A stretch of 62,588 bases of DNA from Octopus bimaculoides. Taxonomy: Eukaryota. The notes beneath the pieces are model-generated. The model was not told the DNA's origin. It saw nothing but the letters and a program-made list of their open reading frames with translations, and made no database searches. The stretch is from the NCBI RefSeq assembly GCF_001194135.2, contig NC_068985.1, positions 69,544,525 through 69,607,112 on the forward strand. The letters are read 5' to 3'. How positions within the stretch are numbered: position 1 is the first letter of the stretch; every line of letters begins with the position of its first letter. The position numbers were made by a program, and so were the translations under genes. This document shows positions 1 through 10,348 of the stretch, piece by piece.

Positions 1-230
1 AATCCCAAAGTACGAAGAACAAACACACCAAGAAAAAAACAGCAACATGAGGACGCGGTACATGCAAATTATTAGCAGACGCTCAGGAAAGGGAAGACAT
101 GTAGTTTTACGTTTCGAGTAAAGCTCTTCGTCAGAAACAGAACACGAAGTAAAATCCAAGAGAAAAGGGGGACGGAGGAAACTAAATCGCCAATGATTCG
201 TGTCCTTGCTTGATGTCACTGGAGTTATCT
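1..230 (-). mobile_element. Penelope-like element pseudo-LTR-like repeat (partial, may run off the window start)
   Basis: Non-coding, T-rich on the minus strand, and surrounds a minimal hammerhead core; minimal type I hammerheads are a known hallmark of PLE pLTRs. Boundaries approximate. Confidence 0.55.
104..138 (-). ncRNA. Minimal type I hammerhead ribozyme
   Basis: Minus strand reads GTTT-CTGACGA-A-GAG-CTTTA-CTC-GAAAC-GT-A-AAAC: stem I GTTT/AAAC, core CUGANGA, stem II GAG/CTC, GAAA core, palindromic ACGT stem III and a GUA cleavage triplet. Confidence 0.75.
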
Positions 231-3200
231 GAGGCCAGTACTTCCAGAGATGCCATGAGGCGTAGAACAGAGCAGGTCCACCTGTGCTCTCCACCACTAC
301 CAGTCCTGTGGCAGCCCGTTTGCATCCTCCAATGTGACGTCGAGACTCAGAAGACAATCCTTCATCGTATTCAGCCAAATATAAAGCATAACACCTCGAG
401 CTTTTCCAACAATAGTATAAGGTTATAACTATATAGATGATAACTTAATTATATGTAGAAGAAACATTAAAATACTGCCATCATGGATGTTGTAGTTTAG
501 GCCCAAATCAACACGTATGCATTTTGTTTGTTGAAGACGATATCTCATTATTCAGTACGTTCTCCGCTTACATAACAAAAGCCTTTTTGCATGAAAATGA
601 TTTAACAAATATTTATGATAGTTTATGCGGTCATGTATATAGGCAGCTTCATTTTCGCATCAACGTGGATATTCTTGTTATATTACTGTCTCAGGTGCTG
701 CTGCAGTTATTTATTTTTGATTTTTGTTGCGCGCACTCTGGTCAGCTTTCATTGTGATCTGATACCATATGCTTTCTGTTACCATAAGCGATGTTTTACA
801 ATAAGCTTTCCAACTCATATTATCACATATATTTTAGAAACGCAATGCTCTGGGTTTCCAAATGCTCCCTTATATCAGTTCGTGCATGTGTTTAGAAGTA
901 GATTCACTGCTGTATCTAGCTCGTCGTACGACCACTGGTGTGCTACTTAACTGATTCGACATGAAGAATGCAGAATTGTTACTTTCTTCTGTTTTTTGTG
1001 GAACGTCACCTCAACATTGTAATGATGCAAATCCTGAAAAACACGGAGAAATGTAGAATAAGACTATCGTGGATTCATGATGTACAACATATACGCAAAT
1101 TAATCTTATATGGAACTGGATTAGACGTTCAAGTTATAGTTGATGAATGAATGTTATAGCCTGAATCTAGCAGACAACTATTCATTTTGTATTAAACTTA
1201 TCTGACTTTTTCTCTAATAAGCTGTTTACCAAATGTAATTAATCCGTTTACATATGTACTGTTTTCAACCTTGATGATAAGTCTCTTCATGATGCATTCA
1301 TTTCATTCTAATATTTTAGTAAATGGGAAGTAGTATGCGTTAGTTGAAGTGTTTATATGTGTGTGTATTCGTGTGTGTTTGCACGGTTGTATATGTGTGT
1401 ATGTGTGTGAGTGTGTCTGTGTATGTGTGTGTGTGATTTTGTGTGTGTGTGATTATAAATGAATGCATTAAAATATTTTAATAAAAGAATTCGAATATAG
1501 CAGTATTAGAAGCCGTAGTTATGCTGATCAAAATCGTTGATACTTTTGAAACAATGCGGAAATGGTTACTTACACGTAATTAAATTTCACAATAACATTT
1601 ATTTGAATTAACATTTTGGCTAACGGTTTCTCTTCTACTCTACAGATGAGTGACAATGACTATAAATGTCGATTTATATGTAATATTCCATTTATGTTTA
1701 CCAATTTTGAAATATATTCTCTTTTGTCGGAGAAAAACAAATAAGGAATCTTCCGTATAGCTGCAACCCAATAAAGCTAAGCTGCAATTGCGATGCCAAC
1801 TGATTGATACATGTCACAAAAATATAACACTCACAGTCATTGGCAAAATTTGATGATACCAGAAGAGATATGGACATAACTGGTGCGCAGATAAAAAACT
1901 GACAAATCATCCAAAATATTTTTTATAAGTAATTTTTCCTGAAAATGTTGTCACACCTTGTTGGGAAAATGCAAAGGGGACAGGTGAAAGTTTAGAAAAG
2001 AGTGAAACCTTAACATTGACCACAGACTTATTCTTATTGTCACAGGCAATGAAGTTTCTTTAGTATGTCTATTTCATAGACAATGAAGTTATAACTGCCC
2101 ATCAGATGAGGCATATGAATAACTGTTCTGGAAGTATTCTGACCACCCCCAAGTGACTCAAATGTGGACTGACGCATTTCAATAAAATAAAGAACTATCG
2201 AGTTGACAGTCAGCAGGTGACATCGAGACGTTTACATGGTTGATCCTTCACAGTGTATTACAGTGTAGGTTAATATCGTTCCTACGTTTGTCATAGTACA
2301 GAACGCGTTCAGTGTGGACATATTAATTCTGCGAAAGGTTATTCTAGATAACCATATCCAAATATTTATTTGAGTAATAATATTCTACACCCTTGCGCAC
2401 ACCCCCATCGTCGTCATAACATTACTGGCGACGAGATACTGAAATCCCCGAAGACATATCAATAACAATGGCCTATCTATATTCTTCTATCTCCACTGAC
2501 ATATCGAATTTAAGGAGAATATTTTATATGTTTTTCTATGAGTACTGCCCCTAGGAAATATCAGTAGTCTTCAGAATTATGAGCATGAACCATCTCTTTT
2601 TCAATAAGATCAATTCCCACAAAATAGAGAAAGAATGGTATTAATTACATTTAAATATTGAACTGAGCAGTGGAGGAAATTTACAACATGAACAAAACCA
2701 TTTGAATATGCAATCACTGGTAATTTTCACAACAAATCTGATTGGATCTCCGTTATTAGCATGGATACATACAGAGGCTTAAATCATTCTAGACACCTGT
2801 TCGCGTTACATCGATCAGGCAGACACATCCTACTAAACTTTATATGATGCAATAAATGCATGACATGTTCAATCAACATTAAATATAATAACTCTTTGAA
2901 AGTAGGTTTAGCACCTATGCACATATTTTAAGTTTACGTTCAACCTGAGTGAACCAAAATTATTCGGAATAATCTATTTAAACATTACGTTGAAGAAACA
3001 CTCTTCTCATTTTCTTAAGATCATGAATGTACCAAGTCTGAATATACCAACTAATTTAACAAGATAACAAGCGTATCCTAGTCTGTAATAGACAGAACAT
3101 ACCTCATCTAGAAGGAGATGCTTTCGCACATTAGGAACAAAAGGTAACTACTAAGGACCTAAGTAAGATACGAATGCCTACGTTGTAACAGACTAAGCAG

Positions 3201-3917
3201 ACTATACATATACATGTGGAAGTTACGGAAAACACATTAACCTCAAAGCCTTGCCGAATTACACAAGGATAAGAATGCACTAACAATGTTAAAAATATGG
3301 AACACTGATTTAGTATTTCCATAAAACTGTTTATTCCAGTGATACAGGAAAAAGGTAATACACTATTTTAGAAGTCAACTGACAACCGATTATGCATGCT
3401 TGTTTAAAACTTGGGTGATATGTGATACATCCATTGTTAACTAATCACAAATTTATACTCGTGCATACCGCTTATAGAGCTTCGTTCGTATACGTTACGA
3501 TAAATATACATGGCTATGTAAACAAACATAAACATAAATAATAGAACGCCTGAGAGATTGGCTGCTATCGCAAAAGGTGGATAACATGGTGTTACTCAAA
3601 AGACTATTGATACCTTTGAGATATCAAATCCATGAAAATAGAGTTTCCAAACTACATTTCTTCGACCGCGTGCCTGTAGAAAGAAACAATGGCTTCTCAC
3701 TGGTAAGATAGTACTCGAAGGAACTTCAGGGTAATTGAATGGACGACCAGCCTGCGTGCACTAACCCATTTTCGATGCATGTATAGGTGTATATGTGTGT
3801 ATGAATGCTATGCGCCCGTCAGTATGCATATTTTTGTATGTAGATGTTTATGCACGTATATGTGCGTGTTTATCGCGCAACACCAGCACAAATGATACCC
3901 ACAAACGAACAAGACAA

Positions 3918-3953
<36 letters not shown>

Positions 3954-4389
3954 AATAATTGAGATTTATTTCAATTAGGTACTTGAAGCACCAAGTTAGT
4001 GCGATATTGTCCGTACAACTCAAAGTAAGGTGAATAAAATCAAAATAAGCAACAGGATATCACGAGGTGATGCAGTACCACCGTTTCAAGCGGCTCCATT
4101 TAATTGAACAATGCAATCATTACATCAATTCAAATGCAGGCTATCCTCTGTTGCATAAAGAAATAAAAGTTTTCAATCAGTTGGACATAATATAATTTTA
4201 ATTAAATTCTCTAATAGAGCAAGAAGAGGGAAAAGTTCATGTTTCTACTAATGTAGCTCAAAATATACTACACTTCTAAGTACAATCTTTTTAGAAACCA
4301 CTAAATAATTAAGTACAGGAATGAATATAAAAATAATTCTATATAATATTCCCTTTCTAATGTTGAAAATTTGTATATATACACAGACA

Positions 4390-6075
4390 GAGATGTGACC
4401 CACCTGATACAGGAACGCCTCTAGGAGTAATCGGAGAACCCCACTGCCCGAGATTTCCCTGAAATTTTATCGGTAGATAGCGGCCTCTCAAATTCCTTCT
4501 CTCCGACTACACTTAGAGAGATACAATCCACTCTTGCCATATTCGTAATTTTCACCCACCTTTGAATAAACTCACTCTTGGACGCACTTCCCTCTTCACT
4601 GACAATTGCCTTTTCAACTGAAACTTGAAAAAGTCAATGAGAGTTCTACGAAAGAAGAATATATCTGCCCTCACGCCTTTCAGCCTTGTCCACTAAACAA
4701 CCTCTTTTGCCACAGCCACCAGTCAAAGGAAGACTGCCTTACTTGCCCGATTAAAGGTGGGTGTAGGTGCAATCATCACTATAGACGGATCTGTCCCACA
4801 CATGACATCAACTGTGCAACTTAACCCCACAAGTCAACAATGCCCGGACACTGAATGAGGGCGTGCAGAACGTTTACGTCACTCTACAGCCACCTGAGAC
4901 AAGTCCGTTTGACAGTACATCGTGCCTGTAGAACTTGTCTCGAACCGATAGCACCAGGCCAAGGACATCTGAAAATTATCAATGATAGATCCGGACCTGA
5001 AAGTCCTCCGGAACAGACTAGCCAATTCGTTCTCGTCGGCGCCCACTTCTCCACCATTAATCCTCTATAACTTTCTGCAGCAGAACTTCCACCGATCCCA
5101 TTGCCCGATTAGTAGAATATTGTGAGGGCCTGACGACATTCTAGGTGCTAGCTGTCGTACAGTCTCAATCTTTTCGCCACCCTAGACAGCAGTTCCGCCA
5201 AGGAGGCGAGCTGCGGTAAGACGAACCTTACAAACGGTGTCCACACGAGATCACCGTCCAAAAACCGTTTCAAGTAGCGTAATCTAAGCGCGCCTCCGGG
5301 AATTAGGGTCCATAGCATACCTAATTCGCCACTCACAGGATGCTGACAACAGAGTGACCACCTGACAATTGGTAAGCGTTCCTTCCGGAAAAATTCAAAT
5401 ATGAGACGCGCCAGCTTGCTCAAGCAGTAACCGGGACAAGGCACGACGGTCAGGCGATAAATGATAACGGAGACGTTTTAAGCATTCGCCACCTCTGCCC
5501 GACCATTTAGGGACAGCTCCCTTTCAGCCAATTTCTGGATAAGAATAAGCCACTCAGTTCGCCACCTCGTTGCAATTCGTATCAACCTGGATATCGGGAA
5601 CAGACTAGAATAGACCCAAGCACTTTAACTGTTCCGTCGGTCTAGCGTCCGACGACGCCAACCGATGGCATTGTCTTGCATCTCCGGGATCTCAACTGAA
5701 AACCCACCGAGTTTTCGGCGTTGGTTTTAGCTCCTGCAACCAACTCATACTCCTTTAGGATGGTATCGACCGTCTCCAATTTGGAGGCATCCGACACCAT
5801 GACAGAGATATCGTCCGCGTATGCTGACACTACCGTTCCGTGTTCCAGTTCCAAAGGGATGCCCCTTAGCTGTTTCAAATTCTGCAACAGTGGCTTATGT
5901 GCGAATACGTATAGAAAAGGCGACAGCGGGCAGCGCTAACGATCATGCGATGCCAAACGGTTCTGATAGATGGCCGTTTACTTTGACTACTGAAGATGTT
6001 CCGTTGTGCATTGCAGCGAACTGAGCATAGCAGACACGGTCGTAATCCAGAGATTGGTTATACATAGTCAGAGGT
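4390..6075 (-). mobile_element. L1-clade Tx1-like LINE fragment A: RT second half, C-terminal Zn finger and 3' UTR (frameshifted, stops)
   Basis: Translates to SSVVKVNGHLSEPF...CPLSPFLYVFAHKPLLQNLKQLRGIP...SAYADDISVMVSD (YADD near 5810-5822), then LRYLKRFLDGDLVWTPFV and a C-terminal ...HALIQCPGIVDLW motif near 4830-4900. Confidence 0.85.
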
Positions 6076-8840
6076 AGAAAAGAATGTGGGATAATGAGGC
6101 AAACCGAACGGAGATTAAAGGCTGGATCACAAGTGAACCCATTATAAGGGGATTTCGAAAGCGTATGAAAACAGAATAGAATGAAATAGTACAGGAGTCT
6201 TCGAAATAAGAGAGCAACGGCTAACTGACCAAGCAAAGAGTAATCAGAGCAAAAGTGTGGTTAACAGACACAGAAATTGAAGAGATGAAAAGAGAAGTAG
6301 AAAATAGAAATAATGCTTCACCAACAGATAACATTCCCAGTGAGGAATGAGAAATAAATGGTAGCAGTGAAGACGTAGAACAAAGTGTAAATGTAAATTA
6401 ATTCTCAGTAACGGAAGCAAAAGAAATAGGAAGAGCTATATCACAAGAATATGATGATAACCAACAAGAGATAGTGGGGATGCTAAGCCGATATATTAGA
6501 GAAAACCAGGATTTAACACCCCAATCTAAAGAACATTGATTGGCGCAAGCTCAGAGTTGTAACCGAAAAGACAGATTCAGTCCTTGGGCTACTACAGACG
6601 AGAAATATAACTGAAACTAAGAAGATTATTTGGGCTGCAGCGATCGTTGTTGTGGTTCTAGATGGATACAAAAGAAGAGAATAAACAAAACATAAAGAAC
6701 CATACTGCCGTAGACGAATTTGTGAGAAACAAAGTTAAAAAGACATTTAGGACAAGTTGATAGATTGAGTGGAGGGGAAATGCAGAATGAAAGCATATGA
6801 ATAATGCTGGGAAAATATAGAGAGTTTGAGATAAAGGATGTGATGTGATATTGAAATAAAGAGTTGTAACAATCAAAGCAAAACTGGAAAGATATGATAA
6901 TAAAACAAAACAATTCAGGCAAAACAGATTATTCGAAGAAAATCAGAAAAAATCTGTTTCAGGAAGTAGATGGACAATTACATGTAATAATGATACTAGA
7001 TGCAGAGGAAAGCAGAGAATTCTGTTGAAGTGTCTGAGACCATCCTCTAGAGCATTATGATGAAGCGGAGTGGCTGCATGAAATCCAAGATAGGTTAAGA
7101 AAACATAAAAATAACTTTTAAAAATGATAAAGAAAATTCCCAAATTAAAAGAGTGCAGGACAGGACGGGGTCCAAGTTTATTGCATGAAAGAGCTGAGAG
7201 GGATCTATGAAAGTATAGCGAAACAGCTAGATAAGTGCTTGCAGAAAGGTGCAGTACCCAGCTGGGTGACAAATGGAAAGACATTGTTATGTGTAAAGGA
7301 TCTTGAAAAGCGAAGCGTTGCATGCAATATTTGACCAATAACATGTTTTCCACTAAACTGGAAACCAACGTCAGGTGCATTTGCCGGGGAAATGTATAGA
7401 TACTTAGAAAAATGGGCTGCTACCTGTTGAACAAAAACAGTGCCGAAAGAAGGGTCAGGGAAGAGAGGATCATCCCTTAATCGATAATCTAATTAACAGA
7501 AAAGGCAAGAGAAGACACGCAAACCTGAGCATGGCATGGGTTGACTATCGAAAATCATATATGATAGCACACTCCTGAGAAATAGGAACAATGGAAATGT
7601 ATGGAGTAGCAGAAAGTATGAGAACCCTTATATGGAACAACATGAAACGGCGTAGAACGGAATTGACAGCAGGGAATCAAATATTAGTAGAGGTGAAAAT
7701 CAGGAGGGGAGTCTTCCAGGAGACGGTATGTCCCCACCGATCTTTGTACTGGGAGTGCTCCCTTTTGCGTGAAATACTACTGAAAACAAAGTCGGTGTAT
7801 GACGCAGCAAGTGGTAAGGGAAAGCTGAACCATTTCCTATGCATGGACGACTTGAAGCTGTTCAGAAAATGTGAGGCAGAACTGGACAGAGTAGTCCAGT
7901 CTGTGCGGATTTTCTCCAATGATATTAAAGATGGAGGATGGGATCTCAAAATGTGTTACGATGGTGATGACACGAAGAAAGCTTGGCGGGACATAGGCAT
8001 AGGTTTTCCAAGTGGTGACATGATGAAGGCAATTCAACCTCAATACAGCTATGAATACCTGAGAATACCTGAGGCAGATGGAATTGAAAACAATGACATG
8101 AAGGAAAAGACAAAAAGAGAGTACCTGCGGTGAGTGATGAAAAGATTGACATCGAAGCTGAAGGTTAGAAGCATAATTTCGGCAATAAACTCGCGCGCAG
8201 TAGCAGTAGTTCGGCGTGGGGCTGGAATCCTGAAGTGGACGGAGAAAGAGCTAAATGAGATTGACAGAAAGTCAAGATAGCTCCTTACGATGCATGCAGC
8301 CCATCATCCACGTTCAGACACTGATGACCTACACATCAAGAGAGTAACTGGAAGAAAATGATTTATAAGTGTGGAAGACTATGTACGTATCGAACCCGAG
8401 AGCTTAATGAGGCACCTAGCCCAAAATAAGGAAACCTTGCTTGTTAGAAACTAGGCAGAATTGAAAACAGAAAAAAAACGAAAAACAAAGTACAAATAAG
8501 ACCCGAAGAAGAATTACGCAACAAAGGACTACACAATCAATTCCACAACAAAAGTAGCTAGAAATATAGGTGAGATTGGCTGAAGATAAGAACACCCCCA
8601 CCCAAAAAAAAAGAGGGAGAGCACTATACTCTCAGCGGAAGACCAACCTTTGGTCACGAACTGGAGGGTCAACTTCCGAATGAGCAAGTTTCTCCGCTGT
8701 GCCGCATCTGTAATAGTGTGGATGAAACCATTGCCCACATCACGATCGAATGCCCTAGACTTGCCAAAAACCACTACAAGTCGTGGTGACATGATCAGAT
8801 AGTGAAAGTGCTACATTGGAAACTGTGCAAAAAGTGGGGG
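6076..8840 (+). mobile_element. R4/Dong-like RLE non-LTR retrotransposon, decayed and 3'-truncated
   Basis: N-terminal RGFRKRMK...EQRLTDQ...WLTDTEIEE motif (6140-6290); AWVDYRKSY (about 7535); IRRGVFQ (about 7700); NHFLCMDDLKL (about 7830-7860); frameshifted ILSAEDQ...CR.C...ETIAHITIECP...KVLHWKLCKKWG CCHC region (8625-8840). Many stops and frameshifts. Confidence 0.85.
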
Positions 8841-8882
8841 CTAGCGTTTCTGCCAGCTCGCCGCCTTAATAATAATAATAAT
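8841..8882 (-). mobile_element. 5' head tip of tRNA-derived SINE-A with upstream (ATT)n
   Basis: Minus strand ATTATT-AAGGCGGCGAGCTGGCAGAAACGCTAG matches the A-box head of the fuller copy at 55265-55450. Confidence 0.75.
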
Positions 8883-8884
8883 AC

Positions 8885-8885
<1 letters not shown>

Positions 8886-8915
<30 letters not shown>

Positions 8916-9016
8916 AAGAAGAAGAAGAAGAAGAAGAAGAAGAAGAAGAAGAAGAAGAAGAAGAAGAAGAAGAAGAAGAAGAAGAAGAAGAAGAAGAAGA
9001 AGAAGAAGAAGAAGAA
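8886..9016. repeat. (AAG)n/(CTT)n microsatellite, about 44 units
   Basis: Perfect triplet array read directly. Confidence 0.98.
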
Positions 9017-10015
9017 ATTATTTTAATCACAGGGACATAGACGAGAGGGACATCACAAGGACAAAAAGCAATTTACGTGAGACTTATATAAAAGAAGGAG
9101 AGAAAGAATATGAAAACATGAATGATGCAGTCTTTTTCATACTAGTGAAATGCCTTGTATGGCTAATTATTGAACCCCACAGATCCTTTTCTCCGACCCA
9201 ATGGCTCATACTTAGAGTGGGGGCCTTCACCCTAACCACTTTTGCCAGAATCACCAATGTTTACAGAAATTCACTGGGAGGTAGAACTTCCATCGACACA
9301 CTCACTATCCTTTCCCAATGAAACTTTAAAATGTCAATAAGACCGAAGACAGTGTACTTTCTCAATCCTTTCAGCCTAGCCTCGTCCATAACACAAACTA
9401 TTTCCGTCAGGGGAAATAAGTCTGCCATGTCTTGTTAAAGGAGAGTAGTGAGAAGACCCTCATGATGGATTCGGACGATATTCGGATTTGTCCCACATGC
9501 AATAACGACATAACTCCACAAGTCAGCAAAACTCGGACACTGCACGAGGACTTACAAAAAAGTTTCGTTGCTCTGTGCACATCACGGACTGTCCCGCCTG
9601 AAAACGCTTCCTTCCCTGTAGAGTTTATCTAGAACTGGCATTGCTCCACGACAGCACTTAGCAAGCCACGGTCTTCTGTAAATTATCCATGATATTATCA
9701 AGCGCGAAAATCGTCAGAAATACGCGAGGTCATCCTCGTGGAAGCCTAGATTTTTTCGGGAACCCCGTTGCGCTTAGCCACTACTAGATGTGTATATATT
9801 GCTACAGTTGAATTTCAATCAATGGGAATGCCCGACTGGTAGGGAGCAGTAAGCGTCTGACAAAATTCCAGATGCTAATTTTGGTCTGACGACATTCCAG
9901 ATGCCGGTATTGGTTTGACAACATTCTAGATGTCACTTTTGGTCTTGTGACTAGGCTGAAGGAAGGTATACTTTTGCAAAGAACCAGGAGTGTTTGAGAG
10001 AAACGGTAAGTCGGC
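9017..10015 (-). mobile_element. Tx1-like LINE fragment B: ORF2 C-terminus and 3' end
   Basis: Minus translation ...GAMPVLDKLYREG...CAQSNETFL*VLVQCPSFADLWSY; nucleotide similarity of 9520-9690 to fragment A 4830-5000; 3' end ATTAAAATAATTT runs into (CTT)n. Confidence 0.75.
9855..9945. repeat. Three diverged 29-bp tandem units inside Tx1 fragment B
   Basis: Units gtctgacaaaattccagatgctaattttg (9855), gtctgacgacattccagatgccggtattg (9884), gtttgacaacattctagatgtcacttttg (9913). Confidence 0.8.
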
Positions 10016-10020
10016 ACTAC

Positions 10021-10124
10021 TACTTGAGCAGGATCGATGTCAAATGACGAAAGTTAAAGTCGGCACTGAGGGAAATTGAACTCAGAACATAAAAACTGCT
10101 CTCTGGCGTGTTAACGATATAGCC

Positions 10125-10156
<32 letters not shown>
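10021..10156 (-). mobile_element. Degenerate SINE-A copy with (ATT)n flank
   Basis: Plus strand aaagtcggcactgagggaaattgaactcagaac (reverse-complement B-box region) followed by ctggcgtgttaacgat and (AAT)n. Confidence 0.6.
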
Positions 10157-10157
<1 letters not shown>

Positions 10158-10205
10158 GATAAGAAGGAGGAGGCGGAAAAAAGAAAAATAGTAATAATCA
10201 TAATT

Positions 10206-10264
10206 TATATATATATACGTATACATACATATGTATATACCCATATATATATATATATATACAT

Positions 10265-10345
<81 letters not shown>
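10206..10345. repeat. Compound (AT)n/(AC)n microsatellite
   Basis: Read directly. Confidence 0.95.
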
Positions 10346-10348
<3 letters not shown>

